Below, piece after piece: positions 1-11,195 of a stretch of 17,330 nucleotides of DNA. A program made the translations under genes and the position numbers. The stretch comes from Selaginella moellendorffii (taxonomy: Eukaryota; Plantae; Lycopodiophyta), in contig NW_003314288.1 of NCBI RefSeq assembly GCF_000143415.4, positions 424,917-442,246 on the forward strand, given 5' to 3'. How positions within the stretch are numbered: the stretch's first letter is position 1; each line of letters starts with the position of its first letter. The notes beneath the pieces are model-generated. The model was given only the letters and a program-made list of their open reading frames with translations, was not told the DNA's origin and made no database searches.

Positions 1-994
1 TCTAGCAAACCTTTTTCAAGAAAAACCTTCTCTAAGTAAATTGTAGCCAAGTTTTAGGCAGTGATACTCTTCCAAAGAGCTAACAACCGCACATACTTCA
101 TCACATGATCCACTATGACCCATACTTGCTCCTTTTGCCTTTGTATTCGTGGCACATAAGTGATGAAGTCCATAGAGATACTACACCAACGGCTATGAGG
201 AATAAGTAAAGGTTGCAAAAGCCCCATTGACTTCTCCTGTGGCACCTTTACCCACTGACAGAACTCATATGACTTACAATACTTGAGGATATCAGCCTTC
301 ATATTCCTCCAATAGAAATTGTGCTTAATCAACTCATATGTCTTCTTCCCCCCAAAATGACTGGCCTCTAGACGATCATGATAGTGAAATAAAACGTGAG
401 TAATTAACGCATCCACCCATAGCAAATACACATGGCCATTATAGTAAAGAATCCCATCCATCAATTCCATCTGGGCTTGCAACGAGACCACCTCAAAATC
501 TTGAGCTTGAGCATGCTCAACCAATTGCCCAAACTCGCAAACCACCTTACTCAAATGATGACAAAACCATGTTTGTAATACTATCACATAGTGAACATAA
601 GATAAAGCATCTGCCACCACATTCGATTTTCCCGGACAATACTTAATAGGAAACTCCCCAAACTCCATGAGTTTGACCATCGAACAAGGTTGCCTAGTGT
701 TCAACTCCTTTTGTATGAAAAGATACACAAGTGGTTTGCGATCTGTCAACACTATGAACATTGCACTATAAAGATAGTGCCACCACGTCTGCAAAGCATG
801 AACAATAGAGAGTAACTCTTACTCATATGTGGAATAGCATTGCTTTGTAGGATTCAAAGTTTGACTCTCATATGCAATACGTTGTCCCTCTTGCATGAAA
901 ACTCCTCCCAGTGCATAACCACTCGCATCATATGTCACCTCATAAGGTTTCATGGATCAGCAATGCAAAGCACTAGAGCCTCGCTCAACAATCA
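1..994 (-). mobile_element. Degenerate Ty3/gypsy LTR retrotransposon pol fragment (RNase H, integrase zinc finger, start of integrase core)
   Basis: Minus-strand translation gives RNase H motifs (YDASGYALGGVFMQEGQRIAYESQTL...YSTYE*ELLSIVHALQTWWHYL, TDRKPL, PGKSNVVADALS), then integrase HHCC (YHD..ASHFGGKKT...YCKSYEFCQ) and GLLQPLLIP..RW.SISMDFIT. RH-before-INT order is gypsy-type. Contains stops and frameshifts. Confidence 0.95.
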
Positions 995-1162
995 NNNNNN
1001 NNNNNNNNNNNNNNNNNNNNNNNNNNNNNNNNNNNNNNNNNNNNNNNNNNNNNNNNNNNNNNNNNNNNNNNNNNNNNNNNNNNNNNNNNNNNNNNNNNNN
1101 NNNNNNNNNNNNNNNNNNNNNNNNNNNNNNNNNNNNNNNNNNNNNNNNNNNNNNNNNNNNNN
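995..1162. other. Assembly gap (168 N)
   Basis: Run of N. Confidence 1.
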
Positions 1163-2061
1163 TGGATTGTGTGATGATGTTGGCTCACTTCTTCTTTGTG
1201 AAGACAAATGCTAATGCTTTTGACCTTGCTCAGCTGTATTTCTCTATGGGCTGCCTAAGGATGTTGTAAGTGATCAGGATCCCACATTCACTTTGGAGTT
1301 TTGGCAGATAGTGTTCCAGAAGCTTGAGACAAAGCTGAGTATGAGCATCCATAGTCAGATGGACAAATAAAACAAGTTAATTAGGTGCTGGAAGACATGC
1401 TGAGATCATTTGTTGGTCATTTGAAGAGATAAGGTATTTGGGAGAAGTACCTGCCTTTGTTAGAGTTTGCCCATAACTGTGCCTTCCATTTGGCTATTGA
1501 GATGGCTCCGTTTATGGCAATGTATGGCTTTCAACCTCGGTCCCCTGTTGGTATGAACTTGGCTTCTCTTAAGGTGCACCAGGCAAAGGAGTTGGCTGAT
1601 GAGCATTGTCAGCACAAGCAGTTTCAGGTTGGAGACAAGGTTTTCCTTTGGTTATCTGAAGCTCAGTGAGCTCTTCAAGGTGGAGGTAGTTCTAAGTTGT
1701 CGCCACAGTACTATGGGCCTTGGATTATTCTCAAACAAGTTGGAGACCTTGCCTATCAACTAGACTTGCCTAGTGGTGTGAAGATTCATCCCGTCTTCTA
1801 TGTAGGGAAGTTGAAGGCGTGTTTGCATTCTGGTAATATCTTGGACCAGTCTGCAATCAAAATTCCAGAGATAGATGTTTGAAGGTTGGCCCTACTTGTG
1901 TGTTATAGAACAGCTAGCGTGCACACATCGTAAGACTTGGACAGAGTTACTTGTTCAGTGGAATGGTTATTCTCCATATGATGCTACATGGGAAGCTGAG
2001 GATGATGTTGTTTCCTAATTTTGAGTATGACTTGGATGACATTCCAGAGGAAGAGGAGAAG
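1163..2061 (+). mobile_element. Degenerate chromovirus-type Ty3/gypsy fragment (integrase core, GPY/F module, chromodomain, probable PPT)
   Basis: DCVMMLAHFFFVKT..AFDLAQLYF, SDQDPTFTLEFW, LPLLEFAHN....AIEMAPF.AMYG, FQVGDKVFL, LSPQYYGPW.ILKQVGDLAYQLDLP...IHPVFYVGKLK. Chromodomain-like ELLVQWNGYSPYDATWE at about 1929-2018. Purine tract agaggaagaggagaag at 2046-2061. Many frameshifts. Confidence 0.92.
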
Positions 2062-2178
2062 TAGTCACTTGCTCCTATCCTTTCTTTCTTTTCTGACCCC
2101 GTTGATGGCTAGAGGTGTTGTATCACGTGAGACAGTTAGCAGTTTTGTTAGTGGGATGCTTTGCTAGCTTCTCTCTCC

Positions 2179-3749
2179 TCACCTACTGTTCATCATAGTT
2201 GGAGCAGAGGGAAAAATGTCACCGTATTTCGTGATGAACCAGCTGATTCTGGACCTAGTTCTCTGATCAAAGAGCCAAATACCAACTGCAAATTTGCATG
2301 TGAAGAGGTGTTCAAGCATCTCCACGGGGTTTTCATTGCATAGAATACACAGAGTTTTGTGACCTGTGAGCCAATCACCAACAGGGATGCTGTCCTGCAC
2401 AAGAAGCCAGCNNNNNNNNNNNNNNNNNNNNNNNNNNNNNNNNNNNNNNNNNNNNNNNNNNNNNNNNNNNNNNNNNNNNNNNNNNNNNNNNNNNNNNNNN
2501 NNNNNNNNNNNNNNNNNNNNNNNNNNNNNNNNNNNNNNNNNNNNNNNNNNNNNNNNNNNNNNNNNNNNNNNNNNNNNNNNNNNNNNNNNNNNNNNNNNNN
2601 NNNNNNNNNNNNNNNNNNNNNNNNNNNNNNNNNNNNNNNNNNNNNNNNNNNNNNNNNNNNNNNNNNNNNNNNNNNNNNNNNNNNNNNNNNNNNNNNNNNN
2701 NNNNNNNNNNNNNNNNNNNNNNNNNNNNNNNNNNNNNNNNNNNNNNNNNNNNNNNNNNNNNNNNNNNNNNNNTGGGGATAAAAAACAATACCTTGAGGTG
2801 ATGGGGTTGTTTCCATAACAAAGATGATTTGAGTCTCAGCACCATCAAGCATTATCCAATCACGAACCTCGATAACTTCAGTTTGTAAAGCAAGATGAAG
2901 GCGATCACAAGTGATGCTGCCTTAAGCTTTGATGTGGAGTTTTCATCCTGGGTTGTAATGGGTTGTCATGAGGCCATCCGATGAGCAAGGTTTTCCGTTA
3001 AACAAATACCTGACTTTACCTTTTTCATTGTATCATACCTTGTCCACTGCTGAGGAAGAAAAACAAGATCCCAACAAGAACTTTGCTGTACGTGATGGCT
3101 TGCTAGCTCTTTGTAGATCCAATAAGTCTTTGATCGAAGCTCCCACATTCCTATGCCACCTAGGCCAAAGACCTCTACCCAAGCCTGGAGCTGAACAGTC
3201 ACCTATATACTGTTGAGTACTGTTCTTATGCGCTACGTTGAAGAACAAGTGATCAGCTAATGCCTCTGTCAGATGGTCTGGTTCTTTCTGACTTAACCTG
3301 GGTAGGAGTGACTTCCATATCTTCAACATCTCTTTTGCTCTTCCATCCTGGACCTTCTTTGTGTTGAGAGGAGCAGTGCCAATCCATTCCTTGTTTCTAG
3401 TTACCACCCTGTCTAGGCAAGATCTTCTACAGCTGAGCGAAGAGGAGGTGCCAGCTCTGGTTTCGTGGATATAAACCTGACACAAGAACTTTGAAGAGAA
3501 GAGCTTTGGATTGAATTCCTGGGTGTGGCACATTCCGAATAACTGAATTCCACTCTACTTTTGCCCGGACTTTGCACCCGCTGGAGTTTCTAAAGTTTCT
3601 ACATATGTTGTTGGTGATCAAGTTTTGGTGAATTATCGGGTGTTGCGGATCCAAGGTTTTGCTGCGTAGGTCCTTATCACATCGTCCAACAAGTTAGTCC
3701 ACAAATCTATGTGGTGACACTCAATGCACAATGTCAAGAGAAGATCCAT
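2179..3749 (-). mobile_element. Degenerate, 5'-truncated non-LTR retrotransposon (L1/Tx1-like LINE) ORF2 3' part with zf-RVT zinc knuckle, spanning a gap
   Basis: At 2411-2270, WLLVQDSIPVGDW...CILCNENPVEMLEHLFTCKFAVGIW matches the zf-RVT pattern (W...D.LP.G...CxxC...E..EHLF.C.FA..IW). At about 3610-3490, CRNF...RAKVEWNSVI...QSKALLFK resembles the post-RT 'RNFLW...KVAW..V...ALL.K' block of plant LINEs. Same strand and correct order. Confidence 0.75.
2412..2772. other. Assembly gap (361 N)
   Basis: Run of N. Confidence 1.
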
Positions 3750-4464
3750 GTGAAGCGGTTAGCTCGATATTGTGTGTGAACGGATTGATGTAAGGATTCT
3801 ACCATATATTATAAGATTGGAATGCACTAACTTTATAATAATAATAAATTAACAATTTTTAATGTGTATTTATGGAGCCCACAAGAGTAGGAGTGAGGTG
3901 TTATCATATTATGAATCCCACAAGATCAAGAGTGAGAGGTGTTAATCACATTATTTATATGCTCCATATGATCCTGAGGTTTAGGGATATGAGGGAGTAA
4001 GTTTTATGGCCCAGGAAGGAAAAAAAAAGAATTAATTAGAGTGAAAATGCGAGTTATCGTGAAATTAGAGAGTTAAGAGTTAACACGAGCTAAGAGTAAA
4101 AACGTGATGTAGCAGCTTAAAAGAGGGAATCGGATGGAGTTCCACCAGGTAGAAAAGACAAGTCATAAAGCCTCGGATTGCTCCCAACCCCCTGCCTCCA
4201 CCCGGTTGCCTACTTTAACCAAGCCCCGAACCACCCAGCAGTCTTGGCGCACAGGGATGACATCAGCCCTAACCTCCTGCTCCACCGCTCCTACTTCTGA
4301 GCTGCTACCAGCTTCTTCCCCCCTTAAGAAAAAAGGTCTGTTGTTCTCTTGGAGTTCAAGAGGCATCCTCTTCACCGTCTCCTCTGTTTTTGCTAGCTAG
4401 TTAGCTCTTACAAGAAGGAGCACAAGCCAAGTTCAGCTCCATGCTCAGCTCTATCATCTCCTCT

Positions 4465-5341
4465 TTAAGACACCTCACCTCTTTGAAGCCATTCAGGAGA
4501 GCTAGCACGCTTCACGTATAGACGTCCCCCCCCCCCCCTTTTCTTTTTTGCGATTGTCTCTTCAAACTCATCATACTTATTTAACACACCAAACCTTACC
4601 AAGCCGAGTGCAGGTTTTGAAACCCCATGAGTCACCTTGGCCTTTTTCCATCTTCCAGTTGAGCTCTCCAACAATCTTGACGTGCGGATGCGTGCAAACT
4701 GCTCCTTGAGCCAGGACCATTTCTCCAGGAGATAACTTATGCTACAACACTCTCCACTCGACGATCTCAATGTGGAAAGATCCACAAAGCTGTCCCACTC
4801 ATCATAGTTGTAGAAGAAATCATCCTCATACTGCATCTGCAACCTTGCTTGAGCCCAAGCCTCTGCCATCGCAGGCTTCTCCCTCATCTTGATCAGCTCA
4901 CACTTGAGGCGGCAAAACAAGTCCAGGTCCTGAGGAACAACAATGGAATACACCTTCTCAGGTACCTGTCTCGAAACCTGTGAAAGCACAGTGGACGATG
5001 TGGTGTTTCAGATTGCAGCAGAATGATAACTTGATGGAAGCAACAAAACCATCGAGCTCGCTCTTTGGGGATCAATTATCATCTCCTCCTTTGAAGCAAT
5101 GAGCAGCAGGCCTTGATCGCATCCAGAAGTACTAGAGATAGTCTGCAAAAGCAAGTTTGACACCAGTTATTTTGGCAACACAGAAGAAAAAGAAGAAAAA
5201 TAAACTCAAGTTTCAAAATTTATAGAGATCCATACAATCCAAATCAAGATCAATCCTCCACGAACTTAATGCCGCTTTCAGCACCTCCAAGCTCTGCCGA
5301 AAAACGTAGCCACGGTATGCCACAATCGTTCGCTTGAAAAT
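4465..5341 (-). CDS. Uncharacterised spliced gene 'Y', copy A. Candidate exons 5341-5285, 5142-5050, 4977-4465; 5' end not determined
   Basis: GT-AG introns of 142 nt (5284-5143, polypyrimidine tract ending ttttgcag) and 72 nt (5049-4978) join three exons in phase 0 without stops: IFKRTIVAYRGYVFRQSLE / TISSTSGCDQGLLLIASKEEMIIDPQRASSM / VSRQVPEKVYSIVVPQDLDLFCRLKCELIKMREK...QYEDDFFYNYDEWDSFVDL... No domain recognised. Confidence 0.5.
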
Positions 5342-5803
5342 CTGAAGATGCCAATCGAAGCATGCAAGCAAAAACATGAAGTAAAGAAGCGCAGGTGGAC
5401 AACAAAGGAGATGAACTGAGCGAGGCCAAGAACACATATAAGGACTGAATGGAAGCACGTGAGGCCTCGCGCGGTTTTTTCCTCCATGTGTGGCTTCGGT
5501 AAGGTATGTTGCGGAGCAGCCAGAAACCCAGGGTGAATATAAGTACGTGAGGCCTTGTGAGGTTTTACCACTGCCCGAGGACTCCTGTGCATGGGCCCCG
5601 GGTGAGAGTCATTTGCGAAAGTGTTCTGCATGAAACTGGTGCCCTGAGGCTTCTGGCCGCGTCGCCCCATGAAGAGCATTTTTTATTTAATTTGTGTAGA
5701 GTGTGGTTTATTTTTGTATATTGAGTGTATCGATATCTTTTAGTTAGCAGATTATATTGAAGAACTGAAGACTACCTACAGTTAAGTGCATGCAGCAACA
5801 GAT

Positions 5804-7444
5804 TTTCTGGTGGGACAACAAGTTCAAGAAGAAAAAAAAGTTCTTCTCAGAGTCCTACCCGGATTTCAAACATGTTTCTACCGGAGAGAGGGATCGCCAA
5901 CAGGAAAACACCAACCTGGGTCTCTGCAAAACTCGAGTCGCTCGCTGACCCAGCTGCACCACGGCCCGCTACAAATCTCCACATACCCCACCTGTAGCTG
6001 GTGATGAACCGGTGAGTTTAGGGAGGCCGCGTGAGAGACTCAGCTGAGAGCAGATCCCTTTCTTTGGGAAAACAAGCCCATGACGCTGTGCTCAAGAGTG
6101 ATGAGCACAAAAGCAACATCTACTTGTTGACGGGATTGATCGATATGTACTGCAAGTGTGGCGAGCTTGAGGAGGCTCGCAAGATTTTCCACTCCATGGG
6201 AACTCGGAGTGTTGTCTCCTACACTGCGATCATCCAGGGCTGCAACACGAACGGGCAAGCTGAACTTGCTCTGGAGTACTACTCTGCCCTGAGAGCTGAT
6301 AACACCATTCAAGCTAATGCTTGCACCTCCACCTGTGTCCTTGTTGCTTGCGGGAGTGTGATGGCGATCAAGCTCGGGAGGGAGATTCACCAGCTGGCGA
6401 AGCATAAAGAACTGCTGAAAAACAATCCAGTTCTGGGCTCCAGCCTGGTGAGCTTCTACGGCAAATGCGGCAATGTTGATTCTGCTCAGGAAGCGTTTGA
6501 CGAGTGCCGAGCTCGGGACAACACGGGTCTCTGGAACTCTCTCATACAGGCTTACACTCTCCAGGGCCGATCGATCGAGGCCTTGGAGCGTTTCTATTCC
6601 ATGACTCAGGAGGAGGGCTGTAAAGCTGACGATGTGAGTTTTGTCTCGGTGTTGAACGCTTGCAGCCATGGTGGTCTGGTCGGGAAAGGAAGGCTGCTTC
6701 TGGATGAAATGCCCAAGCAGTATGGAGTCAAGCCACGTCTGGAGCATTATGTGTGCCTGATCGATATGCTCGGGCGAGCTAACCTCCTCGACGAAGCTGT
6801 GAGAGTTCTCAGAGCCATGCCTTTTGAACCGGATGCAGTGGTTTGGACGTCCCTGCTTGGAGCCTGCTGGAAGTGGAAGAATTACACGATCGGCAAACTC
6901 GCGTTTGAGTGTCTTGTGGAGATGGATCCCAAGAGCGGCACGCCCTACGCATTGATGGCCAATATATTTGGAAACCTGGGGATGCTCAGTGAAAGGGCTG
7001 CTGTTGTGGAGAGAATGAGAGGTGAAGGCAGCTTCAGGAGCCCGGGAGAAGCTGGTGGACGGATGTTAGCTCTCTTTCTCTTCCTCGGGTATGTCTTTTA
7101 GAACGTTGATCACATCGCTCATGTACCCTGCTCTTTCATTCTCAGCAACAATTGCTTGAGCTTGGCCGCAATCTCGTCGCTCTGTGAGTGACTCCTATCC
7201 CTGACAGAAAAAGAATGCACTTTTCCTGGATCACCTGTGCGGCCACGGTGAGAAGCTTGTGCTGGGGTGTGCTCTGGTGAAGTCACACCAGAAGGAGACC
7301 ATCAGAATTGTGAGAAATCTCCAAGTTTGTGACAATTGCCATGCGGCCACTGCTCTCATCTCTAAGCTGGAAAAAAAGGCTAATCATCTGCAAAGGGTTC
7401 ATGTGTTCCAGGATGGCAGATGTTCCTGTGACAACTACTTTTGA
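5804..7444 (+). pseudogene. PDF-PPR(PLS)-E-DYW pseudogene, copy A
   Basis: Homologous to 11279-13930. Lacks the equivalent of 10856-11278 (upstream region, ATG, start of PDF), has small deletions in the PDF region, lacks three PLS triplets, has a 1-bp deletion near 7037 and an inversion at 7072-7228. Ends HGEKL...CDNCH...RVHVFQDGRCSCDNYF*. Confidence 0.93.
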
Positions 7445-7684
7445 AAACATGTCAGTGCTCTTTCTTGCAGTTATCCCTGGTTTTAAACCCTCTGTGAGTC
7501 AAGCAGAAACATGGGCCGCTGAGTGAGCATGCCTCGTCAAAGTACCGCCACCAACCTGAACTTCACGGAGAAAAAATTAACATTTAAAAGTTAAAACTAT
7601 GCAAAAGGAGGATGACACATTGTCTTAAATTTAAATTTCTTTTTGGTAGCAGAATCGGGGAATGCTGACTAAACCTGCCAACAG

Positions 7685-8040
7685 GTGCCCCAAAACGGAG
7701 CGCCCAGATTCAAATAATAAGCCTTAGTATGAAGACTTGCCAGTACCCAAACTCTTTGCTGATAGCAAGTACCGCCTCATGTTCCGGGAGCAAGGTGATG
7801 GTGGCTTGCGGCATGACCAACTTTGGGTTTGTGCTCCTAGAGCACGTTGAAGACGTGTGGAAGCTGGTGATGACGGCATTTGTTTCTTGCGACGTACTCA
7901 CCAGTTCCTCGGCAACGTCTTCCTTCCAGATTTTTTGAGCTTGTCATGAGTGGTGACCTGCTTGCTCTCTCCTGTGACGACTTCTTCCAGCCTCTGGTGC
8001 CCAACCTCAAGGCTCTCTTCTGGATGGAGCTAGCCCTACA
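7685..8040 (+). other. Possible degraded exon of an unidentified gene
   Basis: GC-richer block after a ctgac...cag acceptor-like signal. ORFs 7729-7938 and 7880-8110 join into one reading if a 1-bp slip in the T6 run near 7931-7936 is allowed. No family recognised. Confidence 0.25.
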
Positions 8041-8098
8041 CAGTGTGTGTGTGTGTATCAACCAGCAGATGCACAAATTGTTGAGAATTAGCAACAAG

Positions 8099-8561
8099 TG
8101 TGTATCATAGGCTTAGTACATAGTGTACTAGTGTATATGTACATGTGTTTCAGCTAAATATAATGGGCCAAATACACCAAAGAAGTTTGTATAAGAAGAG
8201 TAGAAACAAATTAAGAAATGTATATTAAGAAGTGCAAAAGAAATGAAAATAAAAATTATCCATCCTCATCAGTTTGCTGAAATTAAGTTGGATTCAACTC
8301 TTCTAGCTCCAAATATTGTGTGATTGAGTTGTAAGTTAATTAATAGTAGAAAATATGATAAAAAACAAACATTGAAAAAATAGTATTATGAGTGCTTGGA
8401 ATATGGAAAGGAATATAGAAAATGTACATATCAATTAGCCTAAAAACCCTAGCTTATATACAAGAGTGAGTGATCCGAATTGAAACCAATCCGACAGCTA
8501 TCAAAATCTTACTATACTAATATTCATATATGGCATCATAGCTATAAATTTGGCCTTCACA
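8099..8561 (-). repeat. Probable 3' LTR of the adjacent gypsy fragment
   Basis: On the minus strand a polypurine tract gagaggaggaaa (8576-8565) precedes TGTGAAGG starting at 8561. AT-rich body with TATATAAG (8460-8453). A matching ...CACA end at 8099 coincides with the composition shift. The left boundary is tentative and no second LTR is in the window. Confidence 0.5.
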
Positions 8562-9348
8562 TCATTTCCTCCTCTCAGAATAACGGAAGACCATTAGGGT
8601 TCTTTTATAAATGGGTTGGGATCTGGAGGAATATCAGGAGAAGGCATTGGCGGATCTGTAGGTGGTATTATCTCCTCCTAATCCCTTTGTATGAAGCGTT
8701 TCAACTGCTGCATATGCACAATCTCTGGAGGATTGGCCTACTGGACGTTATGCCGAACCTCATAAACTTGTGGTCCCACTTGCCACAACACCTGATACGG
8801 TCCTTTCCACTAAGCAAGGAGCCCTTGAGATAAACCATATACCGTAAGGTGGGGAAAACAGACCAACACCAAGTCATTAACTGAAAAGGTCCTATAAGAT
8901 CAAATGCCACTAACTTAAATGGACGGGAAACTGAAATTGACTCCAACCATCCTTTCGCAGCACGAGGGGGAGTATTACGAGCTTGGCACCAAACGCAACT
9001 ACACACATACCAGATAATACCACATCGCATCTTTGACCAATAGAAAGACCTATGTAGCTTCTCGGTTACACGACAATGTCCCATATGCCCACCTATAATA
9101 GAAGAATTATGGTAGGCATGGAGAAACCACGGAATAAAGACAGAAGGCACCACCAGCTGTAAATGATCATCAGGATCAGTCCCTACAAAATAAAAAAGGC
9201 CATCTTCAAGGTGATATTGAGAATGTAAATGCCAGAAAGGCAAGTCATCAACAAGTGATGTAAGATTCTCAAACTCATCTTGAAGCTTTTGAATCCACGG
9301 CTCAATCTTTTGAGCCTTGAAAACCTCATCAAAAGAAGGCAGATCTTG
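8562..9348 (-). mobile_element. Ty3/gypsy integrase fragment with internal deletion (zinc finger joined to GPY/F tail and PPT)
   Basis: LVVP...LHAYHNS.IGGHMG..RVTEKL.RSFYW.KM...I..YV.SC.WCQ...SRPF.LVAFDLIGPF, then in another frame WKGPYQVLWQVGPQVYEV...IVHMQQLKRF. Most of the DDE core is missing. Confidence 0.9.
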
Positions 9349-9914
9349 GAGTAGGAGTGAGGTGTTATCATATTATGAATCCAACAAGATCAAGAATGAG
9401 AGGTGTTAATCACATTATTTATATGCTCCATATGACCCTGACGTTTAGGGATATGAGGGAGTCAGCTAAGTTAGAGGAAGGGAAAAAAAGAATTAATTAG
9501 AGTGATTGAGTTAAGAGTTCACACGAGCTAAGAGTAAAAACGTGATGTAGCAGCTTAAAAGAGGGAAGTAGGAATGCTCGGATGGAGTTCCACCAGGTAG
9601 AAAAGACAAGTCATACCTCAAGCCTTGGATTGCTCCCACCCTGCCTCCACCCGGTTGCCTACTTTAACCAAGCCCCGAACCACCCAGCAGTCTTGGCGCA
9701 CAGGGATGACATCAGCCCTAACCTCTTGCTCCACTGCTCCTACTTCTGAGCTGCTAGCAGCTTCTCCCCTCCTTAAAAAAAAAAGGTCTGTTGTTCTCTT
9801 GGAGTTCAAGAGGCATCCTCTTCACCATCTCCTCTGTTTTTGCTAGCTAGTTAGCTCTTACAAGAAGGAGCACAAGCCAAGTTCAGCTTCATGCTCAGCT
9901 CTATCATCTCCTCT

Positions 9915-10397
9915 TTAAGACAACTCACCTCTTTGAAGACATTCAGGAGAGCTAGCACGCTTCACGTCTAGACGTGCCGCCGCGCCCCCCCCCCCCCCCC
10001 TTCTTTTTTTTTTTGCGATTGTCTCTTGAAACTCATCATACTTATTTAACTCACCAAACCTTACCAGATCGCAGCGGAATGATAACTTGATGAAAGCAAC
10101 AAAACCATCAAGCTCGCTCTTTGGGGATCAATTATCATCTCCTCCTTTGAAGCAATGAGCAGCAGGCCTTGATCGCATCCAGAAGTACTAGAGATAGTCT
10201 GCAAAAGCAAGTTTGACACCAGTTATTTTGGCAACACAGAAGAAAAAGAAGAAAAATAAACTCAAGTTTCAAAATTTATAGAGATCCATACAATCCAAAT
10301 CAAGATCAATCCTCCATGAACTTAATGCTGCTTTCGGCACCTCCAAGCTCTGCCGAAAAACGTAGCCACGGTATGCCACAATCGTTCGCTTGAAAAT
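9915..10397 (-). pseudogene. Gene Y copy B, internally deleted
   Basis: Junction ccttacCAgatcgc at 10066/10067 removes the equivalent of 4602-5010 (409 bp, most of the large exon), with a CA microhomology. Confidence 0.65.
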
Positions 10398-11195
10398 CTG
10401 AAGATGTCAATCGAAGCATGCAAGCAAAAACATGAAGTAAAGAAGCACAGGTGGACAACAAAGGAGATGAACTGAGTGAGGCCAAGAACACATATAAGGA
10501 CTGAATGTAAGCACGTGAGGCCTCGTGTGGTTTTTTCCTCCGTGCGTGGCTTCATGTGCGAAGAGTTTGGTGTGGTAAGGTATGTTGTGGAGCAGCCAGA
10601 AGCCCAGGGTGAATATAAGTACGTGAGGCCTTGTGAGGTTTTACCACCGCCCAAGGACTCCTGTGCATGGGCCCGGACGAGAGTCATTTGCGAAAGTGTT
10701 CTGCATGAAACTGGTGCCCTGAGGCTTCTGGCCGAAGAGCATTTTTTATTTAATTTGTGTAGAGTGTGGTTTATTTTTGCATATTGAGTGTATCGATATC
10801 TTTTAGTTAGCAGATTATATTGAAGAACTGAAGACAAGTGCATGCAGCAACAGATCATATAAAAAATGAATGCAGAGAATAACAAATCGGGATTTCTAGG
10901 AAGTTCGTGCGTTTTGTTAGTAATAATAATAATAATCACAAAAACCTGATGTTCAGCCAGTTAGAAGATTGTCTGAAAATTATGCATGTACTGATTCTTC
11001 AGCTCTTGAGCAACTGATTGCTGCTGGCTCACTTTCTATATATATCAAAGAGATTATTTTTTAACAATAAACATCTAAGCTAGTTAAGCTGACATTGTAA
11101 AGTTTAAAAAGGAAAAGAATTAGAAAAAGAAAAAACAGAAAACACGAGCTTTTTACTACTACAGTTAAGTAATAACAAATCGGGATTTCTAGGGT

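Larger units (their letters stand above)
2927..7539 (+). repeat. Tandem segmental duplication unit A (LINE remnant + gene Y + PDF-PPR-DYW pseudogene)
   Basis: Starts ctttgatgtggagttttcatcc (also at 14048) and ends gagcatgcctcgtca (also ending at 14025). Colinear high identity with units B and C. Confidence 0.95.

Noticed and set aside
840-2852. ORFs containing long X runs
   Set aside because: Artefacts of translating through N gaps.
3979-3986. Telomere-like tttaggg (also near 9444, 15041)
   Set aside because: Single heptamers only, not an interstitial telomeric array.
4134-4400. Short overlapping ORFs downstream of gene Y (also 9618-9846)
   Set aside because: Frames shift between copies at the A-run and no motif is seen; may be a further Y exon or UTR but unsupported.
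6040-6747. Long antisense ORFs over the PPR genes (6040-6747, 12588-13226) and repeated short ORFs at 11517-12646
   Set aside because: Shadows of the PPR coding strand and its 333-bp repeat, with no independent motif.
8043-8056. (GT)7 microsatellite
   Set aside because: Short and commonplace.
10476-10787. Plus-strand ORF (EEFGVVRYVVEQPEAQGEYKYVRPCEVLPPP...) in the intergenic region
   Set aside because: Frame is broken differently in A and C and no family is recognised; similarity is explained by recent duplication. A small exon cannot be fully excluded.
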